Of a DNA stretch of 64,000 nucleotides, positions 19,487 through 29,203 are shown piece by piece. The notes under the pieces are model-generated. The model searched no databases. It worked only from the letters and a program-made list of their open reading frames with translations, and was not told where the DNA came from. The stretch's first letter is position 1; every line of letters starts with the position of its first letter. A program made the position numbers and the translations under genes. Source of the DNA: an uncultured Alphaproteobacteria bacterium (GTDB taxonomy: Bacteria > Pseudomonadota > Alphaproteobacteria > CACIAM-22H2); the NCBI GenBank assembly GCA_963748455.1, contig CAVVJD010000022.1, positions 384,143 to 448,142 on the forward strand, written 5' to 3'.

Positions 19487-19670
19487 CAGCAGCAGGACGA
19501 GGAGAACCGCAATCGTCGTGCGGATCGGATGTCCGAGGGAAGGTTGGGTTGCCGACGTGACACGTCACTCCGAAAGGTGGGCTGAAATGCGCGGGGCGTG
19601 CAAATTCGCACGCCCCTGTCTTCCCTTCTCTCGCGGGCGCATGAGAGCGCGCCCTTCCTGCTGCCCGCCG

Positions 19671-21368
19671 TTACTGGGCGAGCAGCATCGCGAAGTAGCC
19701 GAAGACCGTCAGCAAAATGCCGGAGACGGCGTAGCCGACGGGAAAGCCGATCCACGGCACGGTGCTCTGGATCTCGACCGCCGCCTCGCGGCAGGGACCC
19801 GAGTGACTGCGGGCGCCGGCAACGCCGCCCATCAGCACGGCGGGGTTGATCTTGAAGATGTGATAGCCGATCGCCCAGACGATGAAGGGCGGGATGCTGC
19901 AGGCGATGAACCCCGCGACGAAGATCTTGAGGGCCAGCATGCCGGTGAGCTGAGCGAGCAACGACGAGCCGGCGTTCACGCCGACGATGCCCACGAAGAC
20001 GATCAGGCCCATATCCTCGAGGACGTTGCGCGCGGCGTTGGGCGTGTTGCCGAAGAAGCGCAGGCGCGAGACGATCGACGAGACGATCACACCCGACACC
20101 AGCAAGCCGCCGGCATTGCCGAGGCCGACTTTGGCGCCGAAGGCGGGAAACTGGATCAAGCCGATCAGGAAGCCCAGGACCATGCCGGCGGACAGCGTCA
20201 GTAGGTCGGTGGCCGTACTTGGCCGCGCGATGCGGCCCAGCAGGTCGCCCGCCTTTGTAACCGCACCCTTGAGGCCAGCGACGGTCAGCACGTCCATGCG
20301 CTGCAGCTTGGTATCGAGGCCGATTGGGATGGGAGCGCCGCCGCGATCGATTCGGCCGAGCTGGATCTGACCGGCGATCTCGGAGCCGCGGAACTCCTTC
20401 AGCATCTTGCCGACGGCGTCCTTGTTCGTGACCAGGATCTCGGCCTGGTCGAGCGGGATGTTGAGGGCCGCCTCGTCGGCCACTTCCGGGCCGATCAGGC
20501 CCATGTGGTCGGTCAAGTCGCTGAGTCGGCCGCCCAGCGCGATGACGTCGCCCTTCTGCAGCACGATCTCGCCATCGGCACCGAGGGTACGTCCGTCGCG
20601 CACGATGTTGACGATCTTGTAGACAGGATAGGTCTTGATGAACTGGCCGACGGTCTGACCGGTGGTCTTGGCATTCTCCAGGCGGTAGGCGCGCAGACCG
20701 AAAGGACGATAGCCTGTGAGGCCCGTCTCGGTGCTCGCAACGCCATGCTCCTTCTCGTACGCCGCGGCGGAGGCGCGCGCATCGATGCCCCACCAGCGCG
20801 GCAGGTATTTGACGATCAGGATGATGCCGACCGTGCCCCAGATATAGGTAATGCCGTAGGAGAGCGCGATCATCGCCGTGGCATCGTCGACGGTGGTGCC
20901 GGGCGGCAGCTTGACGACGCCCGAGGTGATGGCCTGCTCGGCAGAGCCGATCGCCGCCGACATGGTCTGAGAGCCCGCGAGCATGCCGCCCGCCGCACCG
21001 ACCGGAAGGTCGAAGAGCTTGGCGCTGGCCACCACGAGGCCAAGGCCCATAAGGGCGCACAGAACCGCGAGGAATGTGAACTTTAAGCCGTCGCCCTTGA
21101 GGCTGTTGATGAAGGACGGGCCGACGCGCAGACCCACGCCGTACATGAAGAGGTAGTAGAAGAGGCTCTTGGCAAAATTATCGAGCGTAAGCTTGACCCC
21201 GTAGGTGGATGCCAACGTCGCCACACTGCAGCCCACGACGATGGCCGCCGCAACCGAGCCAAGGCCGTAACCCTTGAAGCTGAATCGGCCCACCCAGATC
21301 GATAGACCGACAACGAAGAACAGCAAGATGAAAGGGTTCTGCTGCAGAAACTGGAAAAAGGCACCCAT
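19671..21368 (-). CDS. AAEx family transporter of YidE/YbjL architecture (two Asp-Al_Ex halves flanking two TrkA-C/RCK_C domains)
   Basis: 565 aa. N- and C-terminal membrane halves share motifs (AGSQTMSAA / GVAGARS...). The central soluble region contains two RCK_C-like repeats (LQKGDVIALGG..., LQRMDVLTVAG...). Confidence 0.85.
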   Translation of the reverse strand: MGAFFQFLQQNPFILLFFVVGLSIWVGRFSFKGYGLGSVAAAIVVGCSVATLASTYGVKLTLDNFAKSLFYYLFMYGVGLRVGPSFINSLKGDGLKFTFLAVLCALMGLGLVVASAKLFDLPVGAAGGMLAGSQTMSAAIGSAEQAITSGVVKLPPGTTVDDATAMIALSYGITYIWGTVGIILIVKYLPRWWGIDARASAAAYEKEHGVASTETGLTGYRPFGLRAYRLENAKTTGQTVGQFIKTYPVYKIVNIVRDGRTLGADGEIVLQKGDVIALGGRLSDLTDHMGLIGPEVADEAALNIPLDQAEILVTNKDAVGKMLKEFRGSEIAGQIQLGRIDRGGAPIPIGLDTKLQRMDVLTVAGLKGAVTKAGDLLGRIARPSTATDLLTLSAGMVLGFLIGLIQFPAFGAKVGLGNAGGLLVSGVIVSSIVSRLRFFGNTPNAARNVLEDMGLIVFVGIVGVNAGSSLLAQLTGMLALKIFVAGFIACSIPPFIVWAIGYHIFKINPAVLMGGVAGARSHSGPCREAAVEIQSTVPWIGFPVGYAVSGILLTVFGYFAMLLAQ

Positions 21369-21389
21369 ACCGCTCCCCCTTTTTTTGCG

Positions 21390-21419
21390 GCGGGACGGGG
21401 CTTGCGCGCCCCGTCCCGC
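21390..21419. other. perfect 12-bp GC hairpin in the decarboxylase-transporter intergenic gap
   Basis: gcgggacggggc (21390..21401) and gccccgtcccgc (21408..21419) are exact reverse complements with a 6-nt loop. A T7 run (A7 on the coding strand) and the transporter SD lie beside it. Confidence 0.6.
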
Positions 21420-21440
21420 TCCTATCGGGCTTTATCGTTG

Positions 21441-24149
21441 TCAGGCCGCGTGTTTCGATTGGTTCTTGTGCTTCGGCTTGGCGCCATGCGCCGCCGCCGC
21501 GGTCCTCTTCAGCAACTTGAGGCCGAGCGACGCCTGGTAGCCGTGGATCTCCTTCACATCGAGCTTGCGCATGAATTCGATCGTCTCGGCGGTGATCACC
21601 TGGCCCGGCACCATGATCGGGAAGCCCGGCGGATAGGGGATCACGAAATTGGCCGAGACCATTTCCGGCCCTTCATGCAGGCGCCGGTCGATGTCCTTGC
21701 TGTTGAGCTTGATGTGCTCGCAGCCGGCGGAGTCATAAGCTGCGTAATAGGCCTCGCGGATATGCCCCTCGAGCGTCTTGCCGTCCGCCTTGTCGCGGTA
21801 CTTGTCGCTGAAGTGGCTGAAATTCGGCAGGTTGGGCACGTCCTTCGTCAGCGAGCGCACGCGCGCCTCGAAAACCGCCTGCTCCTCCGCACCTCCGTCC
21901 GCCAGGCGCTTGTCGATATCGCGGGAGATGTCCGCGAGCACTTTGATCAGATGGGCGGCATCGCTGCGCGTGTTGTTGATGTTGATCTGCACGAGGACAC
22001 TGTTACGCGACGTCTTGTTGATCTGGATATCGTATTTGTTGGCGAGCAGGCCCTTGAACTGCGTGCCGTCCATCGCCGCCGTGCCGCAAACCAGCGTGAT
22101 ACGCGTGGGATCGAGGAAGAATTCATCCTCGTTGAGCGCCTTGATCGCGTCGATCCAGTTCGAGTGCGGCGGGCCGAAATCCCGGAAGCCCGTGGCGCGC
22201 AAGCTCGCCGGCACCATCTGCTCGGGCGTCAGGATATGGAAGTATTTGGAGATCAGCGGATGGCCGTTGATCTCGCGACGCAGCTCGACCGACAGCTGGA
22301 TGGCGCCCAGCACCAGCTCGTAGCCCTCGAGCTCCATCTGCCGCCGCGCGACGTCGAGCGAGGCGATGATCTGCTGATTGGGAGAGGTCGAGGTGTGGGT
22401 GAAGAAGGCCTCGTGGAACTGCTCCTCGACCGTATGCCAATCCTGGTCCATCACCAGGATCATCGAACCCTGGCGCAGCGCCGACATCGATTTGTGCGTC
22501 GAATGTGTCTGATAAACGCGGATGCGCGTCTTGTCGGGATCGGGCAGCAGATGCATGTCGAGAAGCTTCTTGTTGCCAGGATCAAGGTCCCCTGCGCTCT
22601 TGCGGAATTCCTCGTATTGCTTGCGATAGACCGGGTCGCGCAACTGCGCGCTCAACGCCGTGGCCGCACCCATGGCGGTCCGCCGGCGCAGATAGGGCGA
22701 GAAACGCGCGAAGCCGAACCACGCCTCGTCCCACAGGAAGACCAGATCCGGCTTGATGGCCAGGCATTCCTCCATCACGCGCTTGGTGTTGTAGACGTGA
22801 CCGTCGAAGGTGCAGTTGGTCATCAGAATCATGCGCGCCGCATCGAGCTTTCCTTCTGCCTTCAGCGTCAGCAGCGCCTGCTTGATCGTGCGCAGCGGCA
22901 CGCCGCCGTACATCGAGTATTCCATCATCGGATAGGCCTCGACGTAGTAGGGCTGCGCGCCGGCGAGGACCATGCCGTAATGGTGCGATTTGTGGCAGTT
23001 GCGATCGACAATCACGATGTCGCCGGGCCGCAGCAGACCTTGCTCGACGATCTTGTTGGATGTCGAGGTGCCGTTGGTTGCGAAGAAGCAGCGGTCAGCG
23101 CCAAATGCGCGCGCCGCCTTTTCCTGCGCCACCTTGATGTTGCCGGTCGGTTCAAGAAGGCTGTCGAGGCCGCCGGTGGTGGCCGAGGATTCCGCGAGGA
23201 ACAGGTTCTGGCCGTAGAACTCGCCCATGTCGCGGATCCAGTTGGACTTGAAAATCGCCTTGCCGCGCGCGATCGGCAGCGCGTGGAACGTGCCGATCGG
23301 CCGCTGCGCGTATTTCTTCAGATTGTCGAAGAACGGCGTGTCATAGCGATCGGCGATGCCGCTGAGGATGCTGAGGTGGATCTCGGTCTGCTCCTCGACC
23401 TGGTAGAAGATGCGGCGGATGCAAGCTGACTCGTCGGAGCCTGCGAGCTGTTCGACGTCGCGATCGGTCAGAAGATAGACGTCGAGCTCCGGCCGGATAT
23501 TCTTGGCGATGCGCGCGAGCGTCACGCCGTAATCGACCGGCATCGCGTCGGACCGGCCCGCGAAGCCCTCAAGGTATTTGCGCAGCAGCGGGAACGAATG
23601 CTGCGATTCGAACGGAAACCCGTCATAGGCCACGATCGCCTCGATATTCGGGTTGATCACGACCGCCACGAGCGCGTCCTCGAACGACCCGACCATCACC
23701 GGTTCGTAGATGAATTCGTCCTGCGGCCGGCGCAAACGGCGGATCTTCTGGCGGGCCTCGGCCCAGCTTGCCGGCGATGTCGGCGCCACGAAGAGCACCT
23801 CGAAATACGGCTTGCGCGTCGAGCCGCTGGCGGTCTGTTGCACGCTCGCGGTGCCGCTGGCCGGCTCCAATTCCTCTGTCACCTCGGTGGCATCGGGCTC
23901 GTCGCGATAGGCGCGCGTCAACAAGGCGGTGCCGAGCCGCTGCACCAGGCGCATGAACCCGGTGGCGTCGCCGCCGGCAAGACGCTCGCGCAAGGCACGC
24001 ATCAGCTTCGGCCCGGGATAGGCGAAGAAGAACTCCAGCTCTTCCATCTCGGACAATTGATCATTGGCCAGCGATCGCAAATCGGCGGTCACCTTGCGTT
24101 TCGGATCGCCATGTTCAGCTGTCGCCCAGCTCCGTGCGGTCCGGTGCAA
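21441..24149 (-). CDS. PLP-dependent Orn/Lys/Arg decarboxylase family protein (large, with receiver-like wing domain and N-terminal extension)
   Basis: HSTHK PLP-lysine motif. Major-domain similarity (FATNGTSTSNKIV...DRNCHKSHHYG). Wing-like segment (YFEVLFVAPTS...AIVAYDGF). Start is TTG 24149 or ATG 24047. Confidence 0.85.
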   Translation of the reverse strand: MHRTARSWATAEHGDPKRKVTADLRSLANDQLSEMEELEFFFAYPGPKLMRALRERLAGGDATGFMRLVQRLGTALLTRAYRDEPDATEVTEELEPASGTASVQQTASGSTRKPYFEVLFVAPTSPASWAEARQKIRRLRRPQDEFIYEPVMVGSFEDALVAVVINPNIEAIVAYDGFPFESQHSFPLLRKYLEGFAGRSDAMPVDYGVTLARIAKNIRPELDVYLLTDRDVEQLAGSDESACIRRIFYQVEEQTEIHLSILSGIADRYDTPFFDNLKKYAQRPIGTFHALPIARGKAIFKSNWIRDMGEFYGQNLFLAESSATTGGLDSLLEPTGNIKVAQEKAARAFGADRCFFATNGTSTSNKIVEQGLLRPGDIVIVDRNCHKSHHYGMVLAGAQPYYVEAYPMMEYSMYGGVPLRTIKQALLTLKAEGKLDAARMILMTNCTFDGHVYNTKRVMEECLAIKPDLVFLWDEAWFGFARFSPYLRRRTAMGAATALSAQLRDPVYRKQYEEFRKSAGDLDPGNKKLLDMHLLPDPDKTRIRVYQTHSTHKSMSALRQGSMILVMDQDWHTVEEQFHEAFFTHTSTSPNQQIIASLDVARRQMELEGYELVLGAIQLSVELRREINGHPLISKYFHILTPEQMVPASLRATGFRDFGPPHSNWIDAIKALNEDEFFLDPTRITLVCGTAAMDGTQFKGLLANKYDIQINKTSRNSVLVQININNTRSDAAHLIKVLADISRDIDKRLADGGAEEQAVFEARVRSLTKDVPNLPNFSHFSDKYRDKADGKTLEGHIREAYYAAYDSAGCEHIKLNSKDIDRRLHEGPEMVSANFVIPYPPGFPIMVPGQVITAETIEFMRKLDVKEIHGYQASLGLKLLKRTAAAAHGAKPKHKNQSKHAA

Positions 24150-24468
24150 GGTCCGCCAACGGTCGAAATCGCTCAGCCACCGCGGAGTAGAAGGTCTGCT
24201 GACCGGCCGCGCCGGCTGCTACGACTACGTCGTCCTTGATGGCCGCCATGATCCGCCTCCTCCGGTGTATTTGGAGGGGAGTCAATCATGGTGCCTCCGA
24301 TACGGATATCAGGGATTGACCTGACAAACGCCGCGCCGGCACCTGAGAACCGCCGGATGGCTCGGGTAAGTGTTGGCGCCAAATACACAATGCCCCGCGC
24401 GGCGCGGACGCGCGCGGTGCGTCATAGTCACCGCCAGGACGCCCCATCGGGATCGCAGGAGAAGCAAG

Positions 24469-25668
24469 GTGATCATCGCGCTCCCTGCCGTGGAATCGCT
24501 GCTTGCCGCCATCGCGGTTTTGTTTCTCGGCATGGCGGTGAACAGGGCGGTGCCACTTCTGTCGAACTACAATATTCCCGATCCGATCACCGGCGGCGTG
24601 CTGTTCGCGGCGCTGGCGACCTTCCTCTTTCTGACAAGCCGGATCGAGATTTCGATCGATCTCTCGGTCAAGCCAGTCCTGCTCCTGATCTTTTTCGCGT
24701 CGGTCGGGTTGACGGCCGATCTGCGCCTGCTGGTGAAGGGCGGCGCTAAGCTCGCGATCTTCCTTCTCGCGGTCTGCGTGCCGTTCGTGGTGATCCAAAA
24801 CCTTGCCGGCGTCGCCGCGGCGCTCGGGCTCGACCTGCATCCCATCCTCGGTCTGGTGGCCGGCACGATCACCCTTGTCGGCGGACACGGCACCGGTGCT
24901 GCCTATGCGGAACGCTTCGCGGAAGTGAACAACATCCAGGCGGTGATGGAGCTGACGATGACGTCGGCGACGCTCGGGCTAATTCTTGGCGGGGTTCTCG
25001 GGGGGCCTGTTGCACAAGCTTTGATCCGCCGCTACAGCGTGGTCGCCACAGCCAAGCACGACCGCGGCGGGACGCAAGAACAGACGCAGGCGACCGAGCT
25101 TTCATCCCTGATGGTCCTGGTATCGTTGAGCGGGCTGCTTTTGGCCGTCGTTGTCGGGCAATGGGCGGCCAGGCTGCTGGGCGAAGGCATTGTCACGTTG
25201 CCGAGCTTCGTCTGGTGTCTCTTCGCTGGCGTCGTGCTCCGCAATGGCGGCCCGTTGATCGGTCTTCATTTCGACGACCGCGCCACGACGATCATCGGCT
25301 CGATCTCGCTTTCTCTTTTCCTGGCGATGACCATGATGGCGATCAAACTATCGGATGTCGTCAACGTCGCCGGGCCGCTGCTCGTGATCTTGGCCATCCA
25401 GGTCGTCATTGCCATGGCATGGGCCTGGTTCGTCTCGTTCCGGTTGATGGGGCGCGACTATGAAAGTGCCGTCATGGCGGCCGGCTTCATAGGCTTCATG
25501 ATGGGCTCGACGGCAACGGCGATCGCCAACATGCAGGCGTTGATCCGCCGCTATGGCGCGGCACCTCAGGCGATGCTCGTCATTCCGCTGGCCGGCGCCT
25601 TCTTCATCGATCTGGTGAATGCGATCGTCCTGTCGGGTTTCCTGTCGTTATCCTTGCTGGGAGGATGA
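24469..25668 (+). CDS. gltS: sodium/glutamate symporter
   Basis: Strong similarity to E. coli GltS (NIPDPITGGVLFA..., GTITLVGGHGTGAAYAERF..., LGLILGGVLGGPVA). GTG start at 24469; the upstream part of the ORF-track entry is not family-like. Confidence 0.85.
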   Translation: MIIALPAVESLLAAIAVLFLGMAVNRAVPLLSNYNIPDPITGGVLFAALATFLFLTSRIEISIDLSVKPVLLLIFFASVGLTADLRLLVKGGAKLAIFLLAVCVPFVVIQNLAGVAAALGLDLHPILGLVAGTITLVGGHGTGAAYAERFAEVNNIQAVMELTMTSATLGLILGGVLGGPVAQALIRRYSVVATAKHDRGGTQEQTQATELSSLMVLVSLSGLLLAVVVGQWAARLLGEGIVTLPSFVWCLFAGVVLRNGGPLIGLHFDDRATTIIGSISLSLFLAMTMMAIKLSDVVNVAGPLLVILAIQVVIAMAWAWFVSFRLMGRDYESAVMAAGFIGFMMGSTATAIANMQALIRRYGAAPQAMLVIPLAGAFFIDLVNAIVLSGFLSLSLLGG

Positions 25669-27152
25669 TTGTGCGGCGCCTTGCGTTGCTTGTCATAGCC
25701 GTTCTGGCGCTCGCCGCCTGCGATCGCGCGCCCTCGGGCGATCAGGTTGTGGGCGACATTTCTGAGCGCCTCAAGCAGGCATTTGGCGACGAGCTTGCGA
25801 TCGCCGAGGTCAGCCGCCGCGGCGTGGCCAAGGATGTGGGCGCGCCGGCAAATGAGAGCCGCCGTATCGTTTATTTCGACGTGTCGCTCAACGTGCGCCG
25901 CGACCTTGACCTTGGCTCGTGGGACACGCCCGGTGCCGCGTCGCTGGTCAGCATGCTCGGTGCCGGGCCCAAAGGCATCTACGGCGTAAAGTCCGGCGGC
26001 AACAAGGCCGGCGACACAATTCGCGCGCATGGCAGCGCCATTTACCGGCATGACGACGGTCGCTGGCAGATCGTGACAGCGGCCAGCTTCTCGCCGCCAC
26101 AGGCACCCGTCACCGACAATCAGGCGCGACCGCCAGCGACGGAACGGTTGATCGCGGCGCTGCAATCGACGATCCGCTCGCTTCCGGCGGGCACGGCACC
26201 GCGCGACGGCAGCATCATCGAGGATGAGCTCGCGCGCGCGGTCAACAATATCCAGGCGCGGTTGGCGCACGTGCGAGAAGGCTATGCCATCGCCGCCGGG
26301 GCAGAACAGGGCCAGTATCTGCGTCTGGTGCGCGCCCTCACCGCGCGCGGCATCGACCAGCACATACGCGTCACTCCCTTGGTCACCGCGGGCAGCGCCG
26401 AAAACCTGCGGCTTCTGCACGACGGCAGCGTGCTGATGGCGCTGACCCAGGGCGACATCGCCGCGATGGCCCGTGCCGGCGAAGGCCCGTTCTACGATCT
26501 TGGCCCGATGCCGATGCTGCGCGCGCTGGGCAGCCTCTATCTGGAACCGCTGCATATCATCGTGCGCGCGGACAGCCCCGTGCGCCGCGTTGCCGATCTC
26601 GCCGGCCGCAAGTTCAATGTCGGGCCGATCGGATCAGGCTCGCGCGTGACCGCATTTCGGGTTCTGGCCGCGCACGGCATCGTGCCGTCGCGCGGCGACG
26701 AGGTCATGGACCTCACCATGTCGCCGGCGCTTGCCGCGCTGCGCGACCGGCGGGTCGACGCGGTGATCGAAGTTATCGGCGTACCGGCCAACGAGATCCG
26801 CACGGCGTTCGCGACATTGGCCTTGCGCCTCGTCCCGCTTGACGCCGGCGCCATCCGCACCCTGGTGGGCGAAAACGGCGCCTATATCGCCGCGACGATA
26901 CCGACCGAAGCCTATGCCGGCGTGACCAGCGCCATCCCCACCGTCGGCGTGGCGGCCATCCTGGCCACGACGACGGCGCTGACGGATGCCGAGGCCTTTA
27001 CCGCAACGCGCTTCGTGTTCACGGCGACCGATCTCGTGGCGAGCGGCAGCTCGCAAGGGGCGCAAATCAGCCCACGCACCGCGCAGCGCGGCCTCACCAT
27101 ACCCATGCATGAGGGGGCCGCGCGCGCGCTGGCTGAGATCGCGCCCCGCTGA
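25665..27152 (+). CDS. lipoprotein with unknown N-terminal domain plus TAXI-type (TRAP-associated) solute-binding domain
   Basis: Lipobox VLALAAC. The C-terminal ~290 aa match the TAXI/NMT1_3 pattern (TAGSAENLRLLHDGSVLMALTQGD...LRALGSLYLEPLHIIVR...GPIGSGSRVT...IPTEAYAG). ATGA overlap with the gltS stop. Confidence 0.75.
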   Translation: MIVRRLALLVIAVLALAACDRAPSGDQVVGDISERLKQAFGDELAIAEVSRRGVAKDVGAPANESRRIVYFDVSLNVRRDLDLGSWDTPGAASLVSMLGAGPKGIYGVKSGGNKAGDTIRAHGSAIYRHDDGRWQIVTAASFSPPQAPVTDNQARPPATERLIAALQSTIRSLPAGTAPRDGSIIEDELARAVNNIQARLAHVREGYAIAAGAEQGQYLRLVRALTARGIDQHIRVTPLVTAGSAENLRLLHDGSVLMALTQGDIAAMARAGEGPFYDLGPMPMLRALGSLYLEPLHIIVRADSPVRRVADLAGRKFNVGPIGSGSRVTAFRVLAAHGIVPSRGDEVMDLTMSPALAALRDRRVDAVIEVIGVPANEIRTAFATLALRLVPLDAGAIRTLVGENGAYIAATIPTEAYAGVTSAIPTVGVAAILATTTALTDAEAFTATRFVFTATDLVASGSSQGAQISPRTAQRGLTIPMHEGAARALAEIAPR

Positions 27153-27433
27153 CCGCATAAACGCGGCACCGGCTGAAATCTCGGGTGAGAGATCGCGCCG
27201 TCCTCAGGCCATACGCGCGGATTCCTCGGGACAGCCACCGATTGAAACGCACACGCCGCTGCGGCAGTCTCGGCCCCACGTGCACCCTTGTCGCTGCGTG
27301 AACATGCCGGTACCCTTGGTGCAGCTAAAACGTTCAGTGTCGTTCTTTTGCGTGTTCGTATGCTGATTCGCGTTTGGGACACATCAGCATTGGTGTGGCC
27401 ACATCGTCGCACGGCGCGACAGGGCAGAACGCC

Positions 27434-28078
27434 ATGGATAAGTCGGCCCGATTGCTACTGGCGGACGATCACGACATCGTTCGACGCGGCTTGCGCGCCC
27501 TCCTGGAGGAGCAACCGGGATGGCACGTCGTGGGGGAAGCGGCAAACGGCCGCGAGGCCGTCGAACTCGCGCTGGCTCTGCGGCCCGATGTGGTCGTGCT
27601 CGACATGTCGATGCCGGAACTGAACGGGCTGGAGACGACGCGACGCATCCGGCACGATCTGCCGAAGACCGAAGTCCTTGTTTTCACGATGCACGAGAGC
27701 GAGGAATTGATGCGCGAGATGCTCGCCGCCGGCGCGCGCGGGTATCTCCTTAAATCGGATGCGCCGGCGCATATCGTCGCCGCCATCGAGGCCTTGCTGC
27801 GGCACCGGCCGTTCTTCACGTGGAAAGTCTCGCAAGCCCTGCTCGACAAGTTCCTTACTGCCAAGGATCTTTCCACGGTCGAGCCGCTGACCACCCGCGA
27901 GCGCGAGATCGTTCAGCTTCTGGCCGAAGGCCGCAGCAACAAGGCCATCGCGTCCGCGCTGGGAATCAGCGTGAAGACGGTCGAGACCCATCGCGCCGCC
28001 GCGATGCGCAAGCTCGGGCTGGGATCGCTTGCCGACCTCGTGCGCTATGCGGTCCGCAACCGGCTGATCGAGGCGTAA
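27434..28078 (+). CDS. NarL/FixJ-family response regulator (REC + LuxR-type HTH)
   Basis: LLLADDHDIVRRGL...VVVLDMSMPELNG receiver. C-terminal LTTREREIVQLLAEGRSNKAIASALGISVKTVETHR. Confidence 0.9.
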   Translation: MDKSARLLLADDHDIVRRGLRALLEEQPGWHVVGEAANGREAVELALALRPDVVVLDMSMPELNGLETTRRIRHDLPKTEVLVFTMHESEELMREMLAAGARGYLLKSDAPAHIVAAIEALLRHRPFFTWKVSQALLDKFLTAKDLSTVEPLTTREREIVQLLAEGRSNKAIASALGISVKTVETHRAAAMRKLGLGSLADLVRYAVRNRLIEA

Positions 28079-28330
28079 GCGCCGCCGATCGGCTCTTATC
28101 CCGATATCGGCATCAGGCCATGCGCCCGGCTCATCCGGTTCCGGCAGGTCCCGGCCGGTGCATGTCGGAATGCGGCGCAAGCGCCTGGATCTAAAGGCAA
28201 TCCAACGGCAAATCGCCGCGATTTCTCCCCGAGCTGTCGTAATATTTTTTTCTGATGCAACGCGGTCGGCGCTGGTAGCTGCCGACGCATTTCGTCCGGC
28301 GATCGCACGCCGGATAGAGGGACTTGCTCC

Positions 28331-29197
28331 ATGGATACGAGCGTCGCCATGAAAGCGATGGACGAGTATCCGCCGCGTGTCGCCGATATCGGCGGCTGCG
28401 ATGTGACTCGCAATCGCGCCTCGCTTCTCAGAAAAGCAGAGTCGAGCGGGCAAGCCGCCCGCGGCAACAGCGCGTTCGACCAAGCCGCGCAAGGCCGGCG
28501 CGATCTCACGGGCCTGCTGTTGCGCGCGCAAGACGACGAGCGGCGCCGGATCGCCCGCGATCTCCACGATTCGACGTGCCAGAATTTACTCGCCGCTTCG
28601 TGGGCCCTGCATCAGATCGCGCCACATCTTCGCAAGGGCGGGGCGACTTTCCTCGGCGAGGCACAGGCCGTTCTGGATCGCAGCATGCGCGAATTGCGCA
28701 CCCTCTCCTATTTGCTGCATCCGCCGCTGCTCGACGAATGCGGCATGGCCCCGGCCGTGCGCGAATACTTGCATGGCTTCTCGCAGCGCAGCGGTATTGC
28801 GGTCGAGCTGATCATCGCGCCCGATATCGGCCGGCTGGCGCCGGACATCGAAAACGTCTTGTTCCGGATCGTGCAGGAGAGCCTGACGAACGTGCACCGG
28901 CATTCCGGCAGCGCCATCGCGCGCGTCAGGCTCTCGCGCGTCAACGGTTGTGTGGCGCTCAATGTCAGCGATCGCGGCCGCGGAATCGCACCGGCCAGAC
29001 GCGATTGCAGCGACAGCCCCGCACGCATCGGCGTCGGCATTGCCAGCATGCGCGCGCGCGTGCGCGCCTTCGGCGGCCGGCTCATCATCCGCTCCGGCCC
29101 GTGGGGCACGGTCGTGCGCGCCATCGTACCGGCCAACGGCGATGCGAATTGGTGCACCCCGAACCGCGCGGCGGCGCAGCTCTGCCCAGATCGTTGA
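28331..29197 (+). CDS. histidine kinase (HisKA_3 + HATPase_c) with no recognisable sensor or TM domain
   Basis: H-box ERRRIARDLHDSTCQNL. ATPase motifs (ESLTNVHRHS, DRGRGI, GVGIASMRARV). Only about 75 aa precede the H-box. Confidence 0.8.
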   Translation: MDTSVAMKAMDEYPPRVADIGGCDVTRNRASLLRKAESSGQAARGNSAFDQAAQGRRDLTGLLLRAQDDERRRIARDLHDSTCQNLLAASWALHQIAPHLRKGGATFLGEAQAVLDRSMRELRTLSYLLHPPLLDECGMAPAVREYLHGFSQRSGIAVELIIAPDIGRLAPDIENVLFRIVQESLTNVHRHSGSAIARVRLSRVNGCVALNVSDRGRGIAPARRDCSDSPARIGVGIASMRARVRAFGGRLIIRSGPWGTVVRAIVPANGDANWCTPNRAAAQLCPDR

Positions 29198-29203
29198 CGG
29201 GCT

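Noticed and set aside
21402-23429. 675-aa ORF on the plus strand
   Set aside because: It is entirely antisense to the well-supported decarboxylase gene. The Arg/Ala/His/Asp-rich sequence has no recognisable domain, which is typical of open antisense frames in high-GC DNA.
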